A DNA stretch of 24,991 nucleotides from a virus. Lineage: Duplodnaviria > Caudoviricetes. Below are positions 13,671 to 23,483 of the stretch, in pieces (within the stretch, counting starts at the first letter, position 1; every line of letters starts with the position of its first letter). The stretch is from positions 1-24,991 of the IMG/VR virus record IMGVR_UViG_3300021356_000154; one strand, given 5' to 3'. The position numbers were made by a program, and so were the translations under genes. Below the pieces are notes generated by a model. That model worked only from the letters and a program-made list of their open reading frames with translations. It did no database searches and was not told where the DNA came from.

Positions 13671-16600
13671 ATGCCGCTAACTAGACTAGATAACCTGATT
13701 TCCAGTAAGACAGGTCGCTATCTCTACGTCTCTCCAGACGACTTTAATGCTAGTGATGAGCTAGACAATAGAGGTAACTCTCCAAATCGTCCATTCAAGA
13801 CAATTCAGAGAGCATTTATTGAGGTAGCACGTTACTCGTACCTGCCTGGTATTGATAACGATAGATTTGATGAGTTCACCATCATGCTGATGCCTGGTGA
13901 TCACTACATCGATAACCGTCCTGGTCCAGCGAATAATTCAACAACACCAGTATTCAGTTTTGATCAGTCAAACAATGCTTGGACAGATTCTTCCCTCCTA
14001 GATCTATCTAATCCTAACAACGTTCTCTATCAGTTTAACGGCACTGAAGGTGGTTGTGTAGTTCCTCGTGGTTGTTCACTGGTTGGTTATGACCTCCGTC
14101 GTACAATCATTCGTCCTCTATATGTTCCTGATCCTGCAGACAAAGAGCAGGCAAGAACATCAATGTTCAATGTAACTGGTGGCGCATACATTTGGCAGTT
14201 CACAATCAAGGATGGAGATCTCACTACCAAGTCTCCTCTATATGATTCAAACACTGGTGTTGGTAAGGTTTACTATCGTAAAGATGATAGTGCTAACCTA
14301 GCAATTCCTGAGTTCTCTCACCACAAGATCACTGTATTTGAGTACGCTCAAAAGACTGAACTTGAGATCTATTACGAGAAGATTGCTAAAGCATTTGCTG
14401 AGTATCAACCAACGATTGATGATGCAAATGAGTTTGGTGCAAAGATTCAAGAGACCAGAATCGTTGGTCCTTTGTCTGACCTCAGAACGATTGATTCGAT
14501 CAGAGTTACTGATTCCTCACCAGCAGGAACTGTTACTGTTCAGGTAACAACTAAGATTGCTCACGGTTACATTGAAGGGCAGTACGTTGCTATTCAAGAG
14601 AACGGTCTAGATGATGCACTGAATGGTACGTTTGACGTTACTGCTCTCGACACTACCAACCGTAGAGTCTTTGAGTTTGAATTAACAGGAACTGTTGCTG
14701 GTCTGGGTCTACAAAATAACCAGACATATACTACAGGTAATGGTCTATCGACCAACGCATATGTTCAGGCAGAAGTTGACTCTGTTGAGTCTGCATCTCC
14801 TTACATGTTTAACCTGTCGATTCGTTCGACTTGGGGTATCTGTGGTCTGTGGGCAAATGGTGCGAAAGCATCTGGATTTAAGTCCATGGTTTGCGCTCAG
14901 TACACGGGTGTTTCGTTGCAGAAAGACGACAGAGCATTCATTCGTTATGATAGATTTACTAACACATGGAACCAGGCATCTCTAAGTGATGCTTTCGCAA
15001 CTACACCTTATCATACTAAGGGTGATGCATACTGGAAGGATGACTGGAGAAACTTCCACATTCGTGCATCGAATGATTCATTTGTTCAGTGTGTTTCGAT
15101 CTTCGCTGTTGGTTTCGCTGATCACTTCCTGATGGAGTCAGGTGGTGATATGTCCATCACCAACTCTAACTCTAACTTCGGTAACACATCACTTCATGCT
15201 ATCGGACACAAGGGTTACTCCTTCAATCAGGATAAGGGTGGATACATTTCAGATATTATCCCACCAGAAAGATTGGTCGAATCTTCTGCTAACGAAGAAG
15301 AAGTTGATTACTATACCTGGGATGTTCAGGCATCTCGTGGTACAAATACCAAACTATATTTTGCAGGAACAGGAATCACAGATCCTAAGAAGCGTCCTGC
15401 TGCTACTATTAATGGATATAGAATTGGTGCAAAATCGAATGATAAAATCTATGTCGAACTAGATCCTTATGCAGCAGGTTCTGGTAGAACTACCCCAACC
15501 GATGCTATCTTTAATGCAACTTTGGAACCATCAGGTTTCATCTCATATCCATCTTCGATGCAGATCCTCAACCCCACTACGGTGGTTGTTGATAACAAGA
15601 ACCAGGATGCTGCTAACAGAATTGAAGACAACAAAGATCTGATTGCAGAAGAAGCATATGGATACATTACTACAAAGTATCCTGCACTTCTAACTAAGAA
15701 TATCACCATCACTAAGTGTAAGCGAGATATTGGATATCTCCTTGATGCTATCATTGGTGACTTGAGACTTGGTGGTAACATCAATAGTGTTCAAGCTGCT
15801 GAAGCATACTTCACTGGTGGACAACTCAACTACATCGATGGTGAGAAGTTTGAGACCATTGAAGGTTTTGAGTATGCTCGTGACCTAGCAATCGCAGCGA
15901 TGCGTAACTGGGACTTCCTACAAACAGGATGTACAGTTACTAATGGTTCTGCATTTGTTACTGTTCCAACTACTGTCGGTCTATCAATCGGCATGAAGGT
16001 TGAGGAATATACTGTAGTCAACTCCAACAATACAACTGTTGATACTAACAGTCTGACTACATCAAACATTCCTGCTAACACTTACATCAGAAACATTGTT
16101 AACTCAACAACTATCGAACTTGGTAGTGTTGTAAATGGTGTGAGAGCATACTTGACTACTGGTCAAGCAGTTAATGCGATTGGAACCAATAGCAATGCGA
16201 AAATCCTCTTCAAGCTAGAAGATGATAATGGCGATCGTAAGGGTATTTGGTCAAGTGAAGAGGGTACAGTAGACACAACTATCACTCAAGACACAGTTTA
16301 TCCTGAGTGTGCTACCACTGCATCTGCAATTCAGTCTCTATTCGGTCAAGTTAAGACTATCCTTAACAATGGTATCAACCCTGTTGGTGATCGTTTTGCT
16401 GACGCATCTGATCTACTCCTAGCAAACAAAAACTACATCGCTGATGTAGCAGTTAAGGATATGGAAATCCAGTATCCTAACTTCAATGTTCCTGGTGGTA
16501 GCGTCAACTGTTTCGATGACGTTGTTGATGTTGTTGAAGCAATCGCATACAACGTTAAGTATGGTTCAAACAACCAAGTATATGATGCTGCTAATCTCTA

Positions 16601-19600
16601 TGTAACTGGTGCTCACGTTGCTGGTGAGGAAGAGCAATCAGTATATGTCTTCGATAAGGCACTGGAGATTGCTACAGCAGTCATCCAGAACATTGTATAC
16701 AACCCTCGCGCTGGTCTCACCACCACTTACACACAGACTAGAGATCTAACAATTACTGTTGATCCTAATCCTGTTGGTGGACAATATTGTGCTGATGTTA
16801 TCTCAGCAATGACCACTTTGTTCAACTTGATCGAAGCTGGTATTGATAATGCTGGTACTGTATATCCTGCGAACGCTGGTGTATTTGCTGGTACAACTAA
16901 GTCATCACCACAGCAGACAGTAGTTGCTCGTCAGAATCCAACGACATCTACGTCACAGTTTGCTAACCGTGCAACACTATTCACTGTTAATGCTGGTGGT
17001 ACTAATCCTCACCGCTTTGAAACTGGAACCCCAGTTCGTCTGGTTGCTAGAGCAAAAGCAGGAACAACTCCTGATGAAAGAGATATCCGTCTACCAGTTG
17101 GATTCCAACCAAACAGAACTTACTTTGTAATTGCTCCTGGTAGAGATACTCAACCATTTAACTATAACCAAGCAAGTGTTTATAGTGGTATCTTTGATGG
17201 TGGCGATCAGACTAAACTGATGCTTGCTAACACCAAAGAGAACGCTGCAGCAGGTATCTACATCTATTCACCTGAAACTGAGGCGATTGATGATGATGTT
17301 GAGATCTTAATCCAACAGTATGTTCTAGATGAAACATACAATCTTCACGAGTATCGTGTTACTTTCGATGGTAGCAGCGGTACAGTATTGAAGACGGATG
17401 TTGCACACATCTTCGACAAACCAACAACAGGATTGGGTGCTGATTATATTCAGAAGGTATTCTTCAGAGCAGAAGGTTCTGATGGTCAGGTAGGTACTCT
17501 ACCCACACTGTCTGGTATTGGCGGTACACAAATCTCTGGTACAACTGAGTATTATGTACGCTACAATAGCGATGATACCTTTAAGATCTTTGCTACGGCA
17601 CAAGATGCAATTACTGGTGCGCCAGAAGTAACACTAGTCAACAGCACGACTCAGTTCTGGTACGTCTTCGCTAACAAGCGTGTATCTCCAATGAGATTTG
17701 ACCCAACGTTTGTTGATACAAGTGCATCTAGAGCGCCTGCAATTACTGATGGTCTCTGGTATCTAAATCTTAAAGATGAGACTTCCAACGACGATAACAT
17801 CTTAGGAAGATTCAGTGAGAGTGACTATGATTCTGCTTCTGGTCAGGTTCAGACAACTGACTCTTTCTACACACGTCTTGAAGATAAGCGTGATAAAGAT
17901 GATAGAATCTATCGTTTGCGTTATGTCCAACCAAAAGACTTCCCTGGTGCTGTAAGAAAACCAAACAATGGTTTTGTTATCAAGATTCGTACTGATACGA
18001 AGAGAAATCTTCTACCTCAGAGAATCGTACTCGAACCTATTGGAGGTGCTCCCGCATTAGCAGAGTTCCGTAACCCAGATACAACCAATGCCGCTGAGGT
18101 TATTGGTATGTCTGTTAATCAGTTTGATGCTGCAGTTCAGGCTGGTACTCTAGATAAGGATAATATCTATGATCCAGATAACAATCCAGTTATTGTTAAC
18201 ACAGATAACTTCCTACGTTTCAGCATCCGCTCTGCTAGAACGGTTTCTATTAACTCTCAACCACTGTTAGAAGTTACCGCGTTTGACCATACTGTTGATG
18301 ATACAAACGCACCACAACTTAAGAACACAGTCTTCCACACTGTAGAGATTAATGCACCTCAAGCAGGTACATTTACTGTAAGTAAGACATCATCCACTGT
18401 ATCAAATAGAGTTGAGTGGACTGGTGGTTCCAGTGGTTTTGGTTACATTCACGCTTACTTTAATGTCGGTGCTAAGCATTTCATCATTCTGAAAGATGTT
18501 AGTGCTCGTCCAACATATGATCCATTGGTCAACACAAGATTTGATCAAAATGGTGTCTATGCTGATCAACAGGCAGATGTAAATGGTGGTAGAGATCTAA
18601 CTTCTGAGTATCTCTATGTTGTACAGGGTGCTAACGTATTCACTTTAACTCCTGGTGATACTGTAGACGACTCTGTTGGTAATACCTATAAGGTTCTTTC
18701 TGTTGAAGATGAGAATGATATCGATGATACTTTCTACATCTTTGATGCTGAAGAGATTCAAGAGCGTGTATCTGGTCAGCAAGATGGTATTTACTATCTA
18801 ACTGCTGTTCGTGGTAACGTCACTCCACTACCTCGTGGTGCTGGTGTTGCTAACAACTTCCAGAACTTTAAGTTCTCTCAACCTATTTCATCACTGTATC
18901 CTCTAGACTACAAGAACGATCCAACTTGGTATCAGGTTATCGATAACAATGGTACTAAGGATACTCTAATCAAAGATCCACAGGCATCTAGTTCTTTTGC
19001 TGATAACTATACTCATGGTCTAGTTTACGTCAACGACTACAAGCGTTCAATGACGAAAGAGGCAGTTGTTGATCTAACTGAAAGTGCATACTTTGAAGAT
19101 TACACCTACACTGGTGCTAACTCAATTGCTGCACAAGATGGTAATGCAACATCTGGTTCCGAGCAAAGAAAGATTCCTATTGCTGGTGATACTGCATCGG
19201 TTCACGATCAGAAAGTTTATGTTGAACTACGTAGACCATCTATCGCAAGATCTGGTAACCACACGTTTGAATACCTTGGTTTCGGTCCTGGTAACTACTC
19301 CACAGGTCTCCCAGCACGTCAGGAAGTCATTCTAACTGAGTTCCAAGACTACTATGCTCAAGCGAAGCGCCAAGACGGCGGTATCGTCTTCTACACGGGT
19401 CTAAACTCTAACGGTGACCTTTATATCGGTAACCGTAAGATTGACGCTATTACAGGCGAAGAGGAGTTCCTTGAGAGAGCAGTTCTAGCTGAGTCTGAGG
19501 ATGATTCTGATCCTATTGAGTCACTGGTCACATCATTTGATACTCCAGTTACATTTAAGGATAAGATCACTGTTGAAGGTATTTCTTACCTCAACAACAG

Positions 19601-22600
19601 AGTCATCATCAATACTCAACCACCTTCAGAATCACCAGCACTGGTCATTCAATCAAACCCAAGAAATGATGGTGGTAACGAAGATAATACTCTAACAAGA
19701 GGCAATTTCGCTAACCGAAGTGATGGCGACATTACCATTGATCGCAATAAAATTTCCGCGGCTATTTTTGAGACAAAAGGTCGCGGTACAGTTTCCTTCC
19801 CTGGACAGACATATAGTCAGAGAACTCACTATTCATACTCTGAGCAGATCCCAACTAACAGAACTCCTGATCAAAGTTCAACATTCTCATCTGACCAGTT
19901 TGTAAGATATTATCAATCTACAGATGTAGATGCGAATCCACAACCAGGAGATATGTTGCTGAAGGGCAATTCTATCCAAAACTCTGGTTCTCTTGGATGG
20001 ATCTATGCGAACTATTATCAAGAGATCCCTGCTGGTAGCATTCTTGATCTTGTAACCAATGGTTCTGCAACTGTTAGAATTAACTGGAGTGGTGTTCTAA
20101 CGAACGCAGACACCAGCATTAAGATGAGTGTTGGTAAGACAATCCGCATTCAAGGATTCTCTCAACCACTGATCAACGGTCTATGGACAGTTACAAGAGC
20201 AGATCAAACAGGTGCTGATAATGACTTTATTGAATTTGTTGTTGCTAATGCGATCACTGGTGCAACTTACACTTGGGATCCAACAAATCAACCAACTGCA
20301 GTTCTAGAGCGTTCTGAAGAATCGTGGAAAGAATTTGGTGTTCTTGGTTCTGAAGCACTTAGAACTGATACTGATGCTATCGGTGAGTATAAGTTGGGTG
20401 TTAACACACTTGCTCGTACTGCACATGCTGCACACGAATTTGGATTCCTAACATATTCTGCTGGTGGAACAACATATGATCAGCAAGAACCAAGAGCAAA
20501 CTTGGATGTTGTTGGTAATGCATTCATTAGTGGTAGAACAATCACTAATGCTCAGTACATGGCTGGTACTGGAACTGCAAAGGGTGAGACGAATGTTCAT
20601 GAAGCATTCCTAGTTGGCGGTGACTCTGCTTCACCACAATCTACAGCACTGTTTAGAGTTGATACAGTCAACAATCGTGTTGGTATTAACCTATCCAGAA
20701 GTGATCTAAGTGATACTTTAACAATTAATGGTACACTTAAACTACTTGGTGCAAATGCTAATGTAGATATTGACGGCGATCTCAATGTTGATGGTGGAGA
20801 TATCACAACAAATGAATCGACATTCAATCTACTGAATGATAATGCACTCACAGTCAATGCATTTGGTGATGCTACTGCACTTAACATTGCTGATGATGCA
20901 ACAGCAGATCAAACTATCAATATTGGTACATCTTCTGCAGGACTTGGTACTCTCAATATTCATACCAGTCTAGACAGATCGGTTATTAACATTGGTACAA
21001 CACCAAATAATAATCCTACATCAACGTCTGTTATTACAATTGGTGGTGGATTCCAGAATACTGCTAACTCCACACTGACTGTTAAGAACGCTCAGACAAT
21101 TCTTGATGGTGATCTAGATGTTAATGGTGGTGATATTCAGTCTAATTCTTCTACTATTAATCTCTTTACGAGATCTGGTGCTGGTAACATCGTCAACTTT
21201 GCATCGAGAGCGTCACAGTTCACTCTTGGTGGTGTTGCTGGAACAACAACAATTAGAAACTCTCTGATTGTTAACGGCGATACAGACATGATGGGTGATG
21301 TCACCATGAATGGTGGATCAAACAGTGGTACTGTTACTGTTACTAGAGCATCACTGAATACCAGTAAGATTGCACACTCTGCTGGTTCACTTTCAAATCT
21401 GAATGTTGACTTCTATGAGTTCATCGCTGATATTGATGGTGCTGAAATTATTACCAGTGTAAATGGTAGCAACGGTCAAATGGTTGTTGCAGATAACTAT
21501 TTCCTCGATGGTAACACAGTTAGATTCAGTGATACCACTGGTCTTTCTAACAATGTAAACACCACTACAACATACTTCGTCGTTAATAGTTCTGCTGCTA
21601 ATGGAACACTTCAGATTGCTGCTACTGAGGGTGGTACTCCTATTGTCTTCTCTGGTACTCCTGGTACTTCAACTGGCATCACACTTCAGAACACGTTGGT
21701 TGATACTGGATCAGGCACTAACGCTTGGACTGGTAATCCTTCTGATGCTGAGTATACTAGACTTCCTGTTAATAACGTTGAGGGTATTGAGATCGGTGAT
21801 ATTCTAATCATCGGTACTGAACTGGTTGAGGTTATCTCTCCTGGTCCAGATGCTAATACTAGAATCGTTCCTGTTAACAGAGGTGTTGATTGTACAACTA
21901 TTCCAACCAACACAGCAGATAACACGGTTATCAACAAACTTGCTAAGTCTCCTGGTGCAACATATACCGTTGGTAGAGTTCCACAGAACGCAGCAACTCC
22001 TGCAGTATCTAATCTAAATGCAGTTGCAGATACACTTGAAGTTCCCATTGGTGAACTACAAGAAGGTGATGCAGTTTCCTTTAGTTCAATCGGAAGCATT
22101 CAAGGTGCTATCGTACAAGGTACAACATACTTCGTAGCGAACGTTATTAACGATACTGCTAATAGCGTCACTAGATTTAATCTAGCAGCTGATCCTGGCG
22201 GTGGTGCTCTAGACATTACTGGCGGATCTACTACTGGTGCAGTCCTCAACTTCAGCGATACTTTGATTGCTCTCGCTGAGTTTGGTGGTCAGATTAAGGT
22301 TGGTGATTACCTGAGAATCAGTCCAAGCACCACTTGCCCATCAGGTGAATTTGTAGAAGTTATTACTGTTAACAGCACAAATGCTGAGAAGTTTACTGTT
22401 AATAACGGTGCAAATCAGGATAGATTTGTAATTGATTCTGTCTTTGGTGGTGTTGACTCAACCATTCTTGGTGAGCAAGACTTCAGCATTAACCTCACTG
22501 CTGTTGCATCAACCAATGCAGATGATAACAAGTTCAGAGTTATTAATGGAACTGGTCTCAATCCAACAGAGAGATTTACAATCAATGCTGCTGGTACTAC

Positions 22601-23474
22601 TGACTTTGTTGGTGATGGAACTACGGCAGATCCTAATGCTAGACTCAGATCTGATGGTATGTTCTGGTTGTCTAATGTCTTCAGAATTACCAACGGAAAT
22701 GGTGGTAATATTGATAGTGATAGTGATGACCTCGCTCTATTCTTCGACAATAGCAATGGTAACCTAGATGTTCAGGGTCATATCAGACTCGGTGATAATC
22801 TCTCGGTATTCAAAGATCATGGTACTGGTGTTGGATTTGGTAGCGCAGATCGTGTCTTCCATGTCGCAAATGCTGATGGTGATACAACAATCGGTGAAAC
22901 TGGTGGTGCATATGGTGAAGGTGATCTAACTGTTAACGGTGGTCATCTCACGTTGGTTGGTACATCAACCACAACCCCAAGTAGCACTGATTATCCACTA
23001 AGCATCACAAACATGGGTGAAAGTGGTAATAGAAACTATAGAATCCGTCGTGATGCTGCTATTGATGCATTCGGTGTTACTCAGTTCTATAACAAGAACG
23101 GTGGTCGTAGATGGGATTACATCAACGCTAACACAACACTTGAAACTGGTCACAACTACATCGTCGCAGTCTCTGCGGATACAGTTCTAACCCTACCAGA
23201 TGATGCAGAGACGGGTGATATGATTAGATTTATTGAAGTTACTGGTTCAATCTCATATGCACAGTCTATAATTCTTCGCGCTCCAACTGGTGTTGCTATT
23301 CAAGGTGATACCACTGGTACAAACGCTGGTGGTCTTCCTTCCGCTTATCAAGGTGGTGAGTTGATTGTCCAAACTAGAAATGCTGGTTTCGGACTAGTCT
23401 TTATGGGATCACAAGATGGTGGTGGTCAGTCAATCCCGACTACATATAGAGGATGGTGGTTAACCGAAATTTGA
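13671..23474 (+). CDS. Giant virion structural / tail-fibre-like protein (3267 aa)
   Basis: N-terminal LYVS...GNS...PFKTIQRA motif and pectin-lyase-like beta-helix segments, Gly/Thr/Asn-rich fibre repeats (DGDLNVDGGDI and DGDLDVNGGDI), and a C-terminal 'LTLP..A.TGD.IRF' module. Late promoter upstream; contains two phycobiliprotein-like helical segments. Confidence 0.85.
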   Translation: MPLTRLDNLISSKTGRYLYVSPDDFNASDELDNRGNSPNRPFKTIQRAFIEVARYSYLPGIDNDRFDEFTIMLMPGDHYIDNRPGPANNSTTPVFSFDQSNNAWTDSSLLDLSNPNNVLYQFNGTEGGCVVPRGCSLVGYDLRRTIIRPLYVPDPADKEQARTSMFNVTGGAYIWQFTIKDGDLTTKSPLYDSNTGVGKVYYRKDDSANLAIPEFSHHKITVFEYAQKTELEIYYEKIAKAFAEYQPTIDDANEFGAKIQETRIVGPLSDLRTIDSIRVTDSSPAGTVTVQVTTKIAHGYIEGQYVAIQENGLDDALNGTFDVTALDTTNRRVFEFELTGTVAGLGLQNNQTYTTGNGLSTNAYVQAEVDSVESASPYMFNLSIRSTWGICGLWANGAKASGFKSMVCAQYTGVSLQKDDRAFIRYDRFTNTWNQASLSDAFATTPYHTKGDAYWKDDWRNFHIRASNDSFVQCVSIFAVGFADHFLMESGGDMSITNSNSNFGNTSLHAIGHKGYSFNQDKGGYISDIIPPERLVESSANEEEVDYYTWDVQASRGTNTKLYFAGTGITDPKKRPAATINGYRIGAKSNDKIYVELDPYAAGSGRTTPTDAIFNATLEPSGFISYPSSMQILNPTTVVVDNKNQDAANRIEDNKDLIAEEAYGYITTKYPALLTKNITITKCKRDIGYLLDAIIGDLRLGGNINSVQAAEAYFTGGQLNYIDGEKFETIEGFEYARDLAIAAMRNWDFLQTGCTVTNGSAFVTVPTTVGLSIGMKVEEYTVVNSNNTTVDTNSLTTSNIPANTYIRNIVNSTTIELGSVVNGVRAYLTTGQAVNAIGTNSNAKILFKLEDDNGDRKGIWSSEEGTVDTTITQDTVYPECATTASAIQSLFGQVKTILNNGINPVGDRFADASDLLLANKNYIADVAVKDMEIQYPNFNVPGGSVNCFDDVVDVVEAIAYNVKYGSNNQVYDAANLYVTGAHVAGEEEQSVYVFDKALEIATAVIQNIVYNPRAGLTTTYTQTRDLTITVDPNPVGGQYCADVISAMTTLFNLIEAGIDNAGTVYPANAGVFAGTTKSSPQQTVVARQNPTTSTSQFANRATLFTVNAGGTNPHRFETGTPVRLVARAKAGTTPDERDIRLPVGFQPNRTYFVIAPGRDTQPFNYNQASVYSGIFDGGDQTKLMLANTKENAAAGIYIYSPETEAIDDDVEILIQQYVLDETYNLHEYRVTFDGSSGTVLKTDVAHIFDKPTTGLGADYIQKVFFRAEGSDGQVGTLPTLSGIGGTQISGTTEYYVRYNSDDTFKIFATAQDAITGAPEVTLVNSTTQFWYVFANKRVSPMRFDPTFVDTSASRAPAITDGLWYLNLKDETSNDDNILGRFSESDYDSASGQVQTTDSFYTRLEDKRDKDDRIYRLRYVQPKDFPGAVRKPNNGFVIKIRTDTKRNLLPQRIVLEPIGGAPALAEFRNPDTTNAAEVIGMSVNQFDAAVQAGTLDKDNIYDPDNNPVIVNTDNFLRFSIRSARTVSINSQPLLEVTAFDHTVDDTNAPQLKNTVFHTVEINAPQAGTFTVSKTSSTVSNRVEWTGGSSGFGYIHAYFNVGAKHFIILKDVSARPTYDPLVNTRFDQNGVYADQQADVNGGRDLTSEYLYVVQGANVFTLTPGDTVDDSVGNTYKVLSVEDENDIDDTFYIFDAEEIQERVSGQQDGIYYLTAVRGNVTPLPRGAGVANNFQNFKFSQPISSLYPLDYKNDPTWYQVIDNNGTKDTLIKDPQASSSFADNYTHGLVYVNDYKRSMTKEAVVDLTESAYFEDYTYTGANSIAAQDGNATSGSEQRKIPIAGDTASVHDQKVYVELRRPSIARSGNHTFEYLGFGPGNYSTGLPARQEVILTEFQDYYAQAKRQDGGIVFYTGLNSNGDLYIGNRKIDAITGEEEFLERAVLAESEDDSDPIESLVTSFDTPVTFKDKITVEGISYLNNRVIINTQPPSESPALVIQSNPRNDGGNEDNTLTRGNFANRSDGDITIDRNKISAAIFETKGRGTVSFPGQTYSQRTHYSYSEQIPTNRTPDQSSTFSSDQFVRYYQSTDVDANPQPGDMLLKGNSIQNSGSLGWIYANYYQEIPAGSILDLVTNGSATVRINWSGVLTNADTSIKMSVGKTIRIQGFSQPLINGLWTVTRADQTGADNDFIEFVVANAITGATYTWDPTNQPTAVLERSEESWKEFGVLGSEALRTDTDAIGEYKLGVNTLARTAHAAHEFGFLTYSAGGTTYDQQEPRANLDVVGNAFISGRTITNAQYMAGTGTAKGETNVHEAFLVGGDSASPQSTALFRVDTVNNRVGINLSRSDLSDTLTINGTLKLLGANANVDIDGDLNVDGGDITTNESTFNLLNDNALTVNAFGDATALNIADDATADQTINIGTSSAGLGTLNIHTSLDRSVINIGTTPNNNPTSTSVITIGGGFQNTANSTLTVKNAQTILDGDLDVNGGDIQSNSSTINLFTRSGAGNIVNFASRASQFTLGGVAGTTTIRNSLIVNGDTDMMGDVTMNGGSNSGTVTVTRASLNTSKIAHSAGSLSNLNVDFYEFIADIDGAEIITSVNGSNGQMVVADNYFLDGNTVRFSDTTGLSNNVNTTTTYFVVNSSAANGTLQIAATEGGTPIVFSGTPGTSTGITLQNTLVDTGSGTNAWTGNPSDAEYTRLPVNNVEGIEIGDILIIGTELVEVISPGPDANTRIVPVNRGVDCTTIPTNTADNTVINKLAKSPGATYTVGRVPQNAATPAVSNLNAVADTLEVPIGELQEGDAVSFSSIGSIQGAIVQGTTYFVANVINDTANSVTRFNLAADPGGGALDITGGSTTGAVLNFSDTLIALAEFGGQIKVGDYLRISPSTTCPSGEFVEVITVNSTNAEKFTVNNGANQDRFVIDSVFGGVDSTILGEQDFSINLTAVASTNADDNKFRVINGTGLNPTERFTINAAGTTDFVGDGTTADPNARLRSDGMFWLSNVFRITNGNGGNIDSDSDDLALFFDNSNGNLDVQGHIRLGDNLSVFKDHGTGVGFGSADRVFHVANADGDTTIGETGGAYGEGDLTVNGGHLTLVGTSTTTPSSTDYPLSITNMGESGNRNYRIRRDAAIDAFGVTQFYNKNGGRRWDYINANTTLETGHNYIVAVSADTVLTLPDDAETGDMIRFIEVTGSISYAQSIILRAPTGVAIQGDTTGTNAGGLPSAYQGGELIVQTRNAGFGLVFMGSQDGGGQSIPTTYRGWWLTEI

Positions 23475-23483
23475 TAACTAAAA

